Shown: one piece after another, positions 14,570 to 28,236 of the stretch
Position numbering within the stretch: position 1 is the first letter of the stretch
How the letters are laid out: each line of letters starts with the position of its first letter
Source: Chrysomallon squamiferum
Lineage: Eukaryota; Animalia; Mollusca
Direction of reading: 5' to 3'
Assembly: GCA_012295275.1 (NCBI GenBank)
Contig: CM022665.1
Coordinates: 13,826,001-13,890,000 of the forward strand
DNA: 64,000 nucleotides
Notes under the pieces: model-generated
Databases searched by the model: none
What the model was told of the DNA's origin: nothing
The model's input: the letters and a program-made list of their open reading frames with translations, nothing else
Translations under genes and position numbers: made by a program

Positions 14570-15258
14570 GAATGCATCAAATCACCCACGAAGACTTCAA
14601 ATAATAATATTAGGCGAAAACAAAAATTTATTAAAAAAAACGAACCTACTCTTGTGTTTTTTTTTAAATGATTCATGGTATCAATTGTAGATGCATTAAA
14701 TAGTTACCAACCTATGGTAAATTAAGTTTTCAAAGAGTTAACTTTTTCTAAAATGTGATTTATATTCAAGAAAGATATTATGAATTGTCATCAATCATTT
14801 TTCTTTTTTATGTTCATTATAAGTAAATAAATAAAAATATAATTTAATATAATAAGAAGAAAATACCTAATACATAATATTCAAACATTATCAGAATCGA
14901 GTAAAATTAAAATTTATTATTTTAAAAAGACTTTTATTTTTAATAGAGCCATTTTTGTACACTTTATTCTATTTGAGTTTTTCCTTGTTACTTAAGATTC
15001 ATTCGTAAGATATAATTTCAGATAACTTTTTTTAAAAAATACTAACAATATTCAAGAGTTATAATTTTTTTAATAGGCACATCTTTAATAATAATAATAA
15101 TAAATAATAATAAATACTCCTATATAGCCGATATATACTTTTCCTTTTTATAACTGATATCGATAAAAAAAAAAATTGCACCGTGTAAATGAGCGTTTAG
15201 TGTAAAGAAGTTGTGAAAAAAAAAAAAAAAAAAAAAAAAAATCCTATTTATTTATGTA

Positions 15259-15292
<34 letters not shown>

Positions 15293-16891
15293 GATTGCAG
15301 AGTCGAAAAGAGTTGAAATACGATTTCTTTTTTTTTTTTTCTTTCTCTCTCTCTCCGTGGTCGCTTTGTCGTCAAACGAAGCATGACGTAAAATCGTTGA
15401 TCCGGAAAGGTGAGTTCTGCCGAGATAGGCATGATACACACGTATTCCCATTGATGTTTGATTGACATGTGACCACCCACCCCGGGTGGCGGACAAAATG
15501 TTCTTCTTTATTAACTCCTGTCGCGCGTCTGTCTTGTAAGGCTTTTCATTTTAATGGATTTTTTGTTTGAGCTTGATTATGTGGAGCTTTCAGTGGTTCA
15601 CTGAATTAATCTACAGCATCTCTCTACCTGTATTACCTTTAGAATATACCTAGCAACAGATCAAAAGAAACCGATGACAAGCCGTACAAAGACAGATCCA
15701 ATGGTTGTAGGTTACAGATAGAAATGCGAGACGGGCTGTTTAATATTTAATTATTATTTACGATGAAACCTGCCTGCAAAAGGCACCTATGTTTTATAAC
15801 CTGTTGCCCTCCTTGGTGGTAGAAGTCGTCAAAGCGTTTAACTCAGAGCCGACTGCAACGTGTTGTTTATTAAAGTTAAAAAGAGGTGTGAGACCCCGAA
15901 TACCGACACTTGTGTCACTGACTGTTTAACATACTAACATAGACATTCTAATTTTTCGGATAACCTTTGCGAAACTGTGCAATTACTCTTTACATTAAAA
16001 CGTAACTTAACTTTTTGACCAAGGGTGCGGGGGAAACTTTTTAAAAATTATTATTATTATTTTTTGTTTGTTTGTTTGTTTGTTTGTTTGTTTGTTTGTT
16101 TGTTTATTTATCAATGAACAATTATATATTTTAAAAATAAGGGAAATGGGGATCTCATCTTAGCCTTTTTTTTAATCCTCTCTATAACTTTCATGTTGTG
16201 ATTAATGTTTTCACCATCATTATTATTATTTTCATTTTTATAGCAGTATTTGAAATATTAATAATAACAATAACAACAATAATATTAATAATAAATGCAG
16301 TAAAAGAAAAGCATTTTAACGACCACCTCTAAAAACAAGCATCAGTAACATTGCCATCCCGTCACAAATCAAAGCATTTCTAGGATTTCACTTGAAAAGT
16401 TTGTGAAACTTTATAAAGAGCAATAAAAGAGCACTTTAACTGATCTTAACAGCCATTTTTAACAAAGAATGGGAAACTTAAGACTCGATCGTAAAACTCC
16501 TGGGGAAGTGTCCTATGTATTACTATTTTTAATATGATAGGAAAATTGCTCGAGTTATTGTTTGTTACGTCAAATAAATATTATATGATAACATAATTTA
16601 AAAGTTTTATTTATTTTTTTTTTTATATATATAAAATAAAAGATATCATAATAGTATGAAAAGATTCATATGATTTTTTTTTTCTAAAGCGTTTAATACA
16701 TAGATACATAAACAAACAAATCAATGAACAACTAAATAAATAATTTAAAACTAAAAAAAAAAAAAAAAAAAAAAACAAAACTAAAGTAAATAAGAATAAA
16801 TAAATAAATAAATAAATAATAAATGAATAAGTAAATAAACAAACAAAACCAAATTAAATTTACAGAGTATTTCATTTCATTTTTTAATTTA

Positions 16892-16922
<31 letters not shown>

Positions 16923-17480
16923 ATTTTATTATTAAAACCGAAATAAAAATACTTTCCATTTTAATTGCACTATATTTACTTGCAAAATACTGTTCATTCG
17001 TCACTGACTAATACAAGTACAAACATCAGAACCCACTCCAAACTGTGCTCATAAATATTATTTTAATGAAAAATCCATTAAAGTCGAGACTGATGAAAAC
17101 ATCAATATGTTACATTGATATCATCAATGATCTGCTTAAACTTCAGGGGCTGATCCTGTATTTCAGAAAGGGGTGGGTATGGTTGTGACGGAATGAATTT
17201 TAAAATGAAATCGGTTTAATTATTTTAAAAATCGCAACATTTTTCCAGTCCTCTCGGATCCGCGCATAAATTAGTAGAAAATCGTTTGAAAGCTTTTACA
17301 AGTTTTTTCTGCTACTTTGTTAATCTCGGTATTTTGTTTCTTTTGATAATGATAAATGATCACGTCAAATAATTCACAGGATAAGATAACGTTAATTTTA
17401 TAAACTATCATTTCCTTTATTTATTTCATTTGCAATCGGGCATACGTGTGTGTTCTCATGCACACACACATACACACACA

Positions 17481-17544
<64 letters not shown>

Positions 17545-18305
17545 AAGAAATATAACTGCATAGTTTCAACTAACATATGTATAATATTTCATATTCTTAT
17601 ATTTTATAATTATTTTAATTTTTTCTATCAATTGGATTTTCTTACGGCAGATAATCAGAAATTAGCAAATTTAACTATTATTTTAAAAAGTGATTATCTT
17701 ATATCAGCATTACATGCTAGTGTGTCTGTGTGTACACATATATATATGTATGTATGTGTGTTTGTGTGTGTATGTAAGTAAGTCTTTTGGATGTACATCT
17801 AAATATCTATTACCATGTACCATTCCAATTTAGCCTTGTTTATTTCCTATATAATGTAGTAAGTTGTACTCATAAATGTTTAAGGAAATGCAAAGCTTTT
17901 GACAATATTAGCAAAGTAGATTACTGATATAGATTATTCAGATAAGATAAATATACTCCTGGATGTATAAAGGGGATAAAAAGATTAGTGCTACGTTTAA
18001 TTTAACTTGTCCAAGTAAAAACGATTAATATGTACGGAATACAGTTAATGTACTTCATTAACGAACTAAATTATACCCCAAAACTTACGTATTTACAACG
18101 TATGGAAACCAGAAAAATAAGATTTTTACGCGTATATATTTACCTACTCACAAAGCACATGCACATTCACATCCATTTACGCATAAGTTCAAAATACATA
18201 CAGAATAATTTTTTGTTTATGCTAATGTGGCAAAAGATTTTTCATAGTTTCAATTGTTTAATGACATTTGAATGTATATAAGAATTTATGTTTGTGTAAA
18301 ATTAA

Positions 18306-18371
<66 letters not shown>

Positions 18372-19161
18372 GTATATAATATATATATATATATGACTGT
18401 TTGTAGATATGTAGATAACTACATTCTGTTTGCTGTTATTGTATATATATATATGTATAACTATATATATTTTTTTTTTCTCTCTATTTCAGATTATGCT
18501 GAACTCACTACACAAGTATGAACCGCGGTTACACATTGTCAAAGTGAACAGTCGAACTCAAAAGAAAAGTATCATGACTTTCAGTTTTCCGGAAACCCAG
18601 TTTATCGCAGTGACAGCCTACCAGAACGAGGAGGTACGTAATTACACCCTCTCTTTCTTTCCTCTTCATCGCCTCGTCCCCTCTTTCTCAGTACACACCC
18701 TCTCTTATTCTGTGTGTGCATGTATGTGTGTATGTAATTATATATCGTTTTATTTATCTATCTTTACGTGTTGCTTTCTGCTTCTCTTTGTCTCTTACAT
18801 ACCTGCGCGCTCATATGTATGCTCATGTAATACACCTTTTTATTTCCTTTTTCTATTTTTCTTTCTTTTTCTATTTGTTTATTTTAATATATCATTAAAT
18901 ATCAATAGGAAATATTTAACTTTAAATTTCTGCAACTTCAGTCGTCATGTTACTAATAAAAACGTTATGACGTCATTGTCTTGTCTTGCATCATTCTTTT
19001 ATTTTAACGTAAAGACAAAAAAAAAAAAGACAAGAATAATAATAACATCACTGAATTAATAATGAATATACAGGTACATATCAAACAAATATTTATTTAT
19101 TTATTTATTATTATGATTATTATTATGATTATTATTATTAGAGTTGTTATCATCATCATCA

Positions 19162-19217
<56 letters not shown>

Positions 19218-20602
19218 AAAATGTAATGGTGATAAAACTGAGTATAAGTCTAAACAATTATAATAAATAAACATGCTTTGTAGTATTTCCTTTTAATAAA
19301 AGTAATTAAGAGATTTTACAATTATCTTAAAATGTTATTTTCTTAACTTGTTCATGACTTATTACATTTTTTTCTTCATAAATAAGAAATAAACACATAA
19401 AAAAAAAATATATATATATATAAATATAAATAACATGCTAATCATTTGATTAAAATTAGATTTACCAATTTGAAAAACCCCAGATGTAATTAAATTAGTA
19501 ATAAAAGTGAACAAGGACAACAGTAAAAAAAAATTATTAAAAAAATAACAACAAGAACAAAAATAATATTAGTAATAATAACATTTTATTTTAAATACAT
19601 TAATAATTACAACAAATAATAGGTTTCTGCTTCCATTTAGAAGATAATTTATTTTTTAGCTACGCATGATTATCATTAATCAGCTACTTTGAAAATGTTT
19701 TATATTAGTTAATATACGCAAGAAACAATATTGTTTATTATTTTCCGCTATATTTTGTTTCTGTCTGTATTATCTCTATTGATCTTGGTGTTTATTAACG
19801 TAATGTATGAGCTTTATAGCGTAAAATTGATAAATAATTTAACTGAATGCAAATTGTGCCTGATACGTTTTCTTTGAAGTCGACTTGAGTGTTTCTAATC
19901 AATAATTAAAGTAGGTTTTATAAAACAGATATTAAATTTTTTATGAATGTTTTGTATTACAAGAGCTAAATAAATTACAGTTATATCATTTAAACTGATT
20001 AAATTTTATTTAATAAAAAGAATATGTAATGGATTATATCTTAGTACTCTTATTTAACAGAAAATTATATCTGCCAATTAAGAAACGGTTTACTGACATG
20101 TGCCGCATTTTTGTATATTAGTCAAATTTAAGATTAAAAATTCTGGAAATTGATAAATAGATGTATTACATTTACATATATTCTGCTGCATACCAGTCAT
20201 GATATCTTTCATTGTTTCAGTAGTACTATATAGACGTCTTCCATGATTTACTCTAAACGTTTCATTTATAATATAAAACAATTTTAAAAGGTTGTAAATA
20301 TAAAACGTTCTTTTTTATTTTGTTTCAAAACCGCTTCCTTCAGTTACAAAGAAGTCATTATAATGATATTTTCTTTTTCTTTCAGATCACAGCTTTAAAA
20401 ATAAAACACAACCCTTTTGCGAAAGCGTTTCTCGATGCCAAAGAAAGGTAAGTGTATTATTTACTCTATTTTTTTTTTTTTTTTTTTTCATTTAATATTA
20501 GTCTTCGTGGAATAGTAGTTAATTGCAAACACTTGTCTGATGCGCCGATTCTCGATTCTAAGTTCGATTCTCTTCAGTAACCCATTGATTTCTGCCATAT
20601 CT

Positions 20603-20633
<31 letters not shown>

Positions 20634-21310
20634 TTTCATTTATTTAGGTGCTGTCTTGAAATACCAAATTTCTGATATCATGTCTTTACGACAGAAAGTT
20701 AGTCAACGTATTCTAGTAATGCAGTTAAACAAACTAATTTTTGACATACAATACATCATTATTGTAAATTAGTCGATATTTTTTAGTGTCATTAAACAAA
20801 ACAAACTTAAACTGAAGACAGATGTCAACATTAGCAAATATTTACCATCACATAACTGACGACAGAAAATGAATGAACGTGCGATCGTACGATCGTTAAA
20901 CGAAAAACTTTTTTTTTAAAAGCGTATTCTTTTTGAATGCTGATTAATTCAAGCAAACACTTACTGTACCTCGCAGATCTTCCGAGAAGCGTAATTTGTT
21001 TTGTTATGAAACAAATTATTTAAAAAAAAAAAAATAATAAAAAAAAGATTTTACGAAATATTCATCATTTTAAAATATATCGCGGTAATGGAACAGACAG
21101 ACGATTTCGAAATTATTTATTACTGATATTAGGAGGGTTCGGGACGCTATCTGTTCCCTCACATTAAGGTTATTTATTTGTTTTGTTTTGTTTTGTTTTA
21201 TTTATTGTTTTATTTATTTATTGTTAAATACCAACCATTACAGATATACACACATATTTATAAACACATGTAAGTATGTTCATAAAGGCGCACGTAAGCC
21301 GCCATACATA

Positions 21311-21364
<54 letters not shown>

Positions 21365-21645
21365 AATAAATAAATTCAATTGACTGATTCTTTTTAATAC
21401 TGGTTTTCTAAATCAAGACTAAAATATATTTTTTAAATTTGCACTGATTTGTAATGTTCTCAATTATAAAAATAGTTCACTTGAAATTTAAGAATTAAAT
21501 TCTTTCCTTTGATTTTTTTTTTTTTCATTAATTTAAAAAAAAATTAAAATTAAAAATTAAAAAAAATTACATTATTTTGAGTCGAAATATTTTCACCAGG
21601 TGGATGTACTAGTTTCAAAAATATGCGCAGCATTTTCAGAATATG

Positions 21646-21689
<44 letters not shown>

Positions 21690-22787
21690 GTGGTCTTTAA
21701 ATAAAAAATAAGATTTTTGGAGAAAAAAAAAAAAAAAATAAAAAAAAAAAAGTCTCAGGGCTACAAAACAGAACTCTAGCTTCAGGGAAAAGTTTAAACC
21801 TTCATGGATTGAACTGGGACTGTGTGTTAGGCGTTCGGGAGCGCGAGCGAGCGCTGAGCAAACACAGGTGCCAATGTTTGCAGTCTTCTAAACTAAGTGT
21901 TTTTGTTTTACCTGCAAGCAGCAAATGACATTGTGTTTGGTGGTTGGTCTTGGCGTTAGCACGTCGTTTAACACAACGTTTTGTTGATCAGCCGCACTGA
22001 CAAGTAACAGAAATCACGGTGTACCGTTGTAAAATAACAAAGCTTGTCGTATTGATACGTCTAAACGATACACAAACAAGTAAAATACTGCTCCGTTTCG
22101 GTGACATGTAAATAACGGTATCTCATTTCTGTTATATCATTTATTGATACTTTGAAAATATAGATCCTTTTTGTGTATATGTACGTAAAGATATCTCATT
22201 TCTGTTATATCATTTATTGATACTTTGAAAATGTGCCTCCTTTTCGTGGATATGTACGTACAGATATTGCTTTTATATCAGTTTTTGATACTTTCAAAAC
22301 AGAGATCCTTTTCGTGGATATATAAAGATAATTCAAAGGCATTATCAAAGGCAACACTATTATATTATTTGTTGATACTTATAAAATGGAGATCCTATTC
22401 GTGGATATAGATTTTCAAAGGCATTGCTATTATAAACATGGATATTAAATACAGACCCATTCCAATGCTAATAAATAACACAATCCCATAACTATTTGTG
22501 TAACATCAATTTATTAAAATCTAAAATATAGATCCATTTCAAAGAAATATACGCACACATATCTGTTGATATTTTTAAAATATTGCATAGACTGTTGCTA
22601 TTAAATAACGTTATCTCTTTAATATAAATTTACTGACATGTCTAAATGGTGTATTTGTTAAATATAGATCCATTCCAAAAACATGTCTTTCATGTTATAT
22701 CATTTATTGAAACTTTTAAAATATAGTAAAGTTAATAAATAATAGTATTTAATATTTCTGTAATATCATTTTCTGATATTTCTAAAA

Positions 22788-22846
<59 letters not shown>

Positions 22847-23469
22847 CGATTCTGTTCGATGAAATACGAGTAAAAAATCTCATAAATATTTGTATTATTA
22901 TTTGCTGATGCTTTTAAATGAGTAAAATAAAGTGTAAACTGCTACAAATATTAACTGTATATTACAGGTATTTCTATTATATTATTGATAAGTTCAATCA
23001 ATACATAAATAAATAGAATACGGATCCCTTTCTGTGATATGTAAATAACGATAATCCAAAACTATTTCTGTTATGATAATTTATTGATATAGGTACATAA
23101 AAAATAAAATATAGATCTATTTCAGTGCCATGTTTATAACGTCATCTCATACCTGTTTCTGTTACATCATTTATTGATGAACTTAATCAAATGAAAAACA
23201 GATCGATTTCAGTGACCTTCAAATAACGGAATCCTATAATTATTTTTATTACTTATCGATAAGTTTATATAACAAATAAAACAAATATAGCTTTCAATTA
23301 ATCATGGCATCATATTATTAATAAGTCATCATCCTTTATTAATAAGTATACAAAAAAGGTTAAATAAAGGTCTATATGAGTGATATATAAATAAAGGTAT
23401 CTTACTGACATGACTCTTATAATTTATTGATTACTTATTTTATATATAATAAAATTTAAAGTCAGCAAA

Positions 23470-23520
<51 letters not shown>

Positions 23521-25723
23521 TAATAAGCAAGACTAATAATATTATTATTTAATCATTTAAGAGCATATAATAAAATATATTATTACCCTTCAGGAGTGTT
23601 ATATCTTTACGTATTAGATTGACAATAATAAATTTATTAATTATAAAAATATTGGTTTAAGAAATATTTATTTGTATGTTACCATTTGATTAAAATATTT
23701 ATTTATATACGTAAGAATTCATTTAAAATATTTATAATATGATATATATGCAGTCTGTAAATTTCTGCTTTTAGTTATCAAACATAAAATACAATTTACA
23801 AATAAACTAATAAATAACAATAATAATTATGTTAAACGAATAATTATTTATTATATATTTTTATTATTTTCAAAATAATTCTAATTCATGTACATGCTTA
23901 TTTAATATTTTTGTAGCATTATTTTTAATTTAATTTTCAGAGACTAAAGACAAAATAATAGTCAGCCATATTTTATTTTTCACAAATTTAATCATTTTTA
24001 AATTTTATTTTATTTTGCAGTTCTTTTAGACCTGAACAGAGAGATTTTATGGATGCTGATCCAGACAGCCAAAGATCATTGTCACACTGTAAGTTTTTAA
24101 AATGTGGCATGAGATCTTTGTTTAATTCATTTCACTTACAAGTACCCATCATCTTGTTAGTATGCAAAATAGAGCAGTTATGTTGTTGCTAAAATATATT
24201 TTGCAATCAAGGAAGCATGTAAACATAAGATATTATCGAACTAGTAATTTTATAGTAGAAAAACTGAAAATAAATAAATAAATGTTTGTGTACATTTGTT
24301 GTGTGTGTATGTGCTGTTGTTTATGTATATAGTACAATTATGTACGTATGTAGTATGCAAGCAACCTATATAATCCTATGTACTCAAAAACATTTTCTTT
24401 TTTATTTTCCGTACAACGATATCGTATACGATCTAGTTAACATATCTTACAATTTCCATGCCTCCATGTAACGCCATATTTCAAATATGTATTAATTACT
24501 TGGACAAGAATGTATTTCAAAGAGCAGCTTGGCTTCTCGGTGATAGGGCATGTTTCCCAACAATAGGCATAGAAAAATAGCTGTCAGCTTTTAGATAGGG
24601 AGAAAATCCCAGGTGCATGTCGCGGTAATTCTGAAAAGTATAACAATCATGCAGCTTATGCTGCCTTTATCGTCTGTATTTTACCTTTAGAGTGCGCTTG
24701 GAGTTTATCGTCTGCATTTGATTTTGTCGTTTGTGTTTATTTCCTCGTATGGTTTGATTTATCATTTTCGTTTAACTTAGGCCTACACCCTAAGATCTTT
24801 TCAGAGTGTAGAGTGTGAATAAAAGTCGGCGGTTCGGGATAAAACCAGAAACTTTGTTAGCTATCTTTACAAAAACTTATCGTTGAAGGTGTGAAGAAAT
24901 TGTCGGTTCGGCAAATTTACTCTGTGCCGAATCTGTGATATCCGGCCAGCATGATTACAATTTACTCGCCTTTGTCACGTAATTGAAACATGGTCGAGAT
25001 AATATTGTCCAAAAAAACCTATCAATAAATTACAGATTTATCCCTTTTTTTTAAAACGAAAAATCATCGCTAAACATATTTAGAAAATTAAGCCTAGACT
25101 AATTTTATACTGTAAAACACCTTAATTCCTTTTTTGAAAAAACCCACAAAAACAACGCGTAATATTTCTACCAGTATTAGCTTATTGTTTTGTTTTTCTT
25201 CTCGTGTTGCGTTAAAGCTTAGAACCAGTCAAATATTCGACGTGTAGGCGCAGAACAGGCGGAAGTGTCACTGTTGCAACTAATATGATCAGCTGCAAAG
25301 TCACGTGATCGGCAGCAAACTGTCAAAATCGCAAAATTTGAATTGCAATGTAGAATACTCTGGCATGGGAATCTTTCTATCCACACAAAAGTGCTTGACG
25401 TAGTTCGTGATTTTTTTCCGCACTCTTTTGTCCATGAAAGAATCTCATTGTTGTCACAGTGATATCAGAAAAATAATCTGAAAGTATTTATTTTTTTTAA
25501 AAGTAGTTGTAGCTGTGTTCCGGCCATCAGCGGTAGTACAGATTTCTTTCCCACTGGTTAATTTTAAGTTGTGAAAAAACAGACGTAACTGCCTTTTCAA
25601 TTAGTAAAACGTTAATGTTCATGTGTTTGTGTGAGGATAACCCAAAATTCTTAATTATTTCTTTACGTATCCATGACTTTATGGAAATACATAATACAAG
25701 CATATAGATAGATAATTATAGAC

Positions 25724-25763
<40 letters not shown>

Positions 25764-28175
25764 GTACATACATAGATACACACATATATACATACAATTT
25801 TTTTTTAAATATATTTCTTTATACATATAATTTTTGTTTATTGTTAATTTATATTTGTTTTTTGTTTTCTGTTCCAGTAACGAGTACGTGGTACTTGCCC
25901 CCAGGAAGTCATACGCTGGTACCGCCCCCAGCACACCAGTTTGCCAACCCACTAAGTCTCTCTAATCCTCACTGTGAACGACTGTCTCTACGTAACCCGC
26001 GTCCTTCACCTTACGGCCACCCTTATCAACGACGTTCACCACCACACAGTAAGTAGCCACTGAAACATTATTATTATTATTATTATTGTTATTGTTATTG
26101 TTGTTGTTGTTGTTGTTATGAAGTAGTACAAGAATTAATTAGCTGAATAAATAGGCCTGTATTTTAAATTAGAAAGTTGTTTTTTTTTGTTAACCTGTTG
26201 CAGTAAGTATAAGGGGTTGTGTATTATTGTTCTTCTTCTTCTTCTTACTGATTCTGTTGTTATTGCTGTTGTCTTGGTTTTAATTTTGCTAATAATAGTA
26301 GCAGCAGCAGCAGTAGTGTAGTGGTAGTAGTAGCAGTAGTAGCAGTAGTAGCAGTGGCAGTAATAGTACTAGTAGTACTGATATTAATATTTATTACTAT
26401 CATATTAGTTGTAATAGTAATAGTACTGAAACTGTAACACAGCATCAACAACAATGATTGTAGTGGAAATAATAGCATTAATAGTAGTAGTAGAAGCAGC
26501 AACAGGCAGTAGTAGTAATATTAATCTTAGTAACTAAGTAGAGGTAGTGGCGATAGCAGTAAAACTAAGAATACTTGTTTAGTAACTTGGTAGTGATTAT
26601 AATAGTACTAGTAATGCTATTGAATTTCTCTGTAACGAAACGAAATATGTGTATTGTACTAACAAATCTATATTTATAATATTTCAACTGCTTTTAAGCA
26701 ACCAAATATGTACTCAAGGAATGGAAAGTTTAATGAAATAATGTAACGGAATTAAACATTGGAAGTTTAATATAAAAAGAAAGAAGAAATACTGTAAGGC
26801 AAGAACACCTTTCTGAAACTTGTAAAAAATTGGTTATGGTATTGAATAAATATAACTAAAAGCAGTAAAGGAAAAGGTTAAGATAAAGCAAAAACAAACA
26901 AACAAAAAGACTTGCCCCCCCCCCACAACCAACAAAAAGCACCACTTCGTTTGAGGACAAAATCTTTTATCCTGTTTTCCACCATAAATATCAGATAAAT
27001 TGCATTTTGGGACTAAATCAGATTGGTCAACATAAAACAGGACGTATTGGTATTTATATTCTGGTTTAGATTTTTATTTAATTTTTTTAAATTGATACTG
27101 TCAAACTTAATCCCATATCTGCTTAATCACGTGGTATTTTCAAATAGTATCAATCGCCATATGTCACATGGTGACTATCACTGTTGCCATTGGATATCCG
27201 GTTGTAGCATTCCGCTGACGTATGGTACGGCTCAACCGGAAGTTATCTTGTAACAGTTCCGGAGTTTAGCAGCGATCACGCATAAACCGATAGTGTATTG
27301 TGCTGACGTATAAACCGCGCATGCCATGTCAGGAGTCGTCTGTATCGAGTGTTCACGCCGCTTCCTGAGCAACTCCGACCACGACGCAGTGTCACGCCCC
27401 AGCAGGATCACACGATGATGACGTTTTGTGAAGTCACGTCGATGCGTTTCCTGTCCGCCCGGAAGTCGTCTGCTCCTAGTAGCAGTTTCGGTGTAACAGT
27501 TGCCACGAGGGGAAACTTGTTTACCGTCTTGTTTTGTATTACATCAAACAAAACACTCTAAACATATAACTGTAAACAGTAGATGTAATCACAAATTTCT
27601 TTCTCTCATCAAATTTTTCAGTGGCTTGTTAAAATTTTTATTATTTTCGTAATTGGTACAAAATATGTTAAACAACATGTGTTTAAATACTGTAACCGAA
27701 ATAACCTTATTCAGAATTTGATCCTGTCAGTTTCTGTTTGAGAATTGGAAGTATATGAAAATACTTAAGATTACTGTGATTTCAAATCTTTTTCTTTGTC
27801 CAGTATCTTGTCGCGTAACTTGTATAAATAAGAATATAATCTGGAATTAAAACACATAAAGATATATAAAATAAATGTTTTTGTCATTACTATTAAAACT
27901 ACAATTATTACTACTGCTTTTAGAGTTGCGAGTGTGAGCGAATTTATTTATTTATTTATTTTTAGTGCATGCCTCCAAATTATATATATTATTTGAACTT
28001 TACATCGATATATGCATTAATCGTTTTGTTACACTTACTATTATCAGTTAAAAAGATTTAAAACTATAATTATGTATTTGTATGTTAATGCATGCAAATA
28101 TGTACTTATGCATGTATTTACATGTGTGTGTATGTATACACACACATACACATACATATTTATATGTATATACAG

Positions 28176-28236
<61 letters not shown>

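Noticed and set aside
17144-17270. Possible MITE remnant with CAGGGGCTGATCC...GGATCCGCG ends (similar scraps near 43310, 45665, 52760)
   Set aside because: Termini too degraded and no TSD; cannot be supported without a repeat library.
20505-20585. Possible tRNA gene (GTTCGATTC B-box-like)
   Set aside because: No cloverleaf pairing; at most a decayed SINE head.
22085-23440. CRISPR-like repeat/spacer appearance
   Set aside because: Eukaryotic intron, degenerate units whose 'spacers' are related to each other, and no cas genes; it is a minisatellite.
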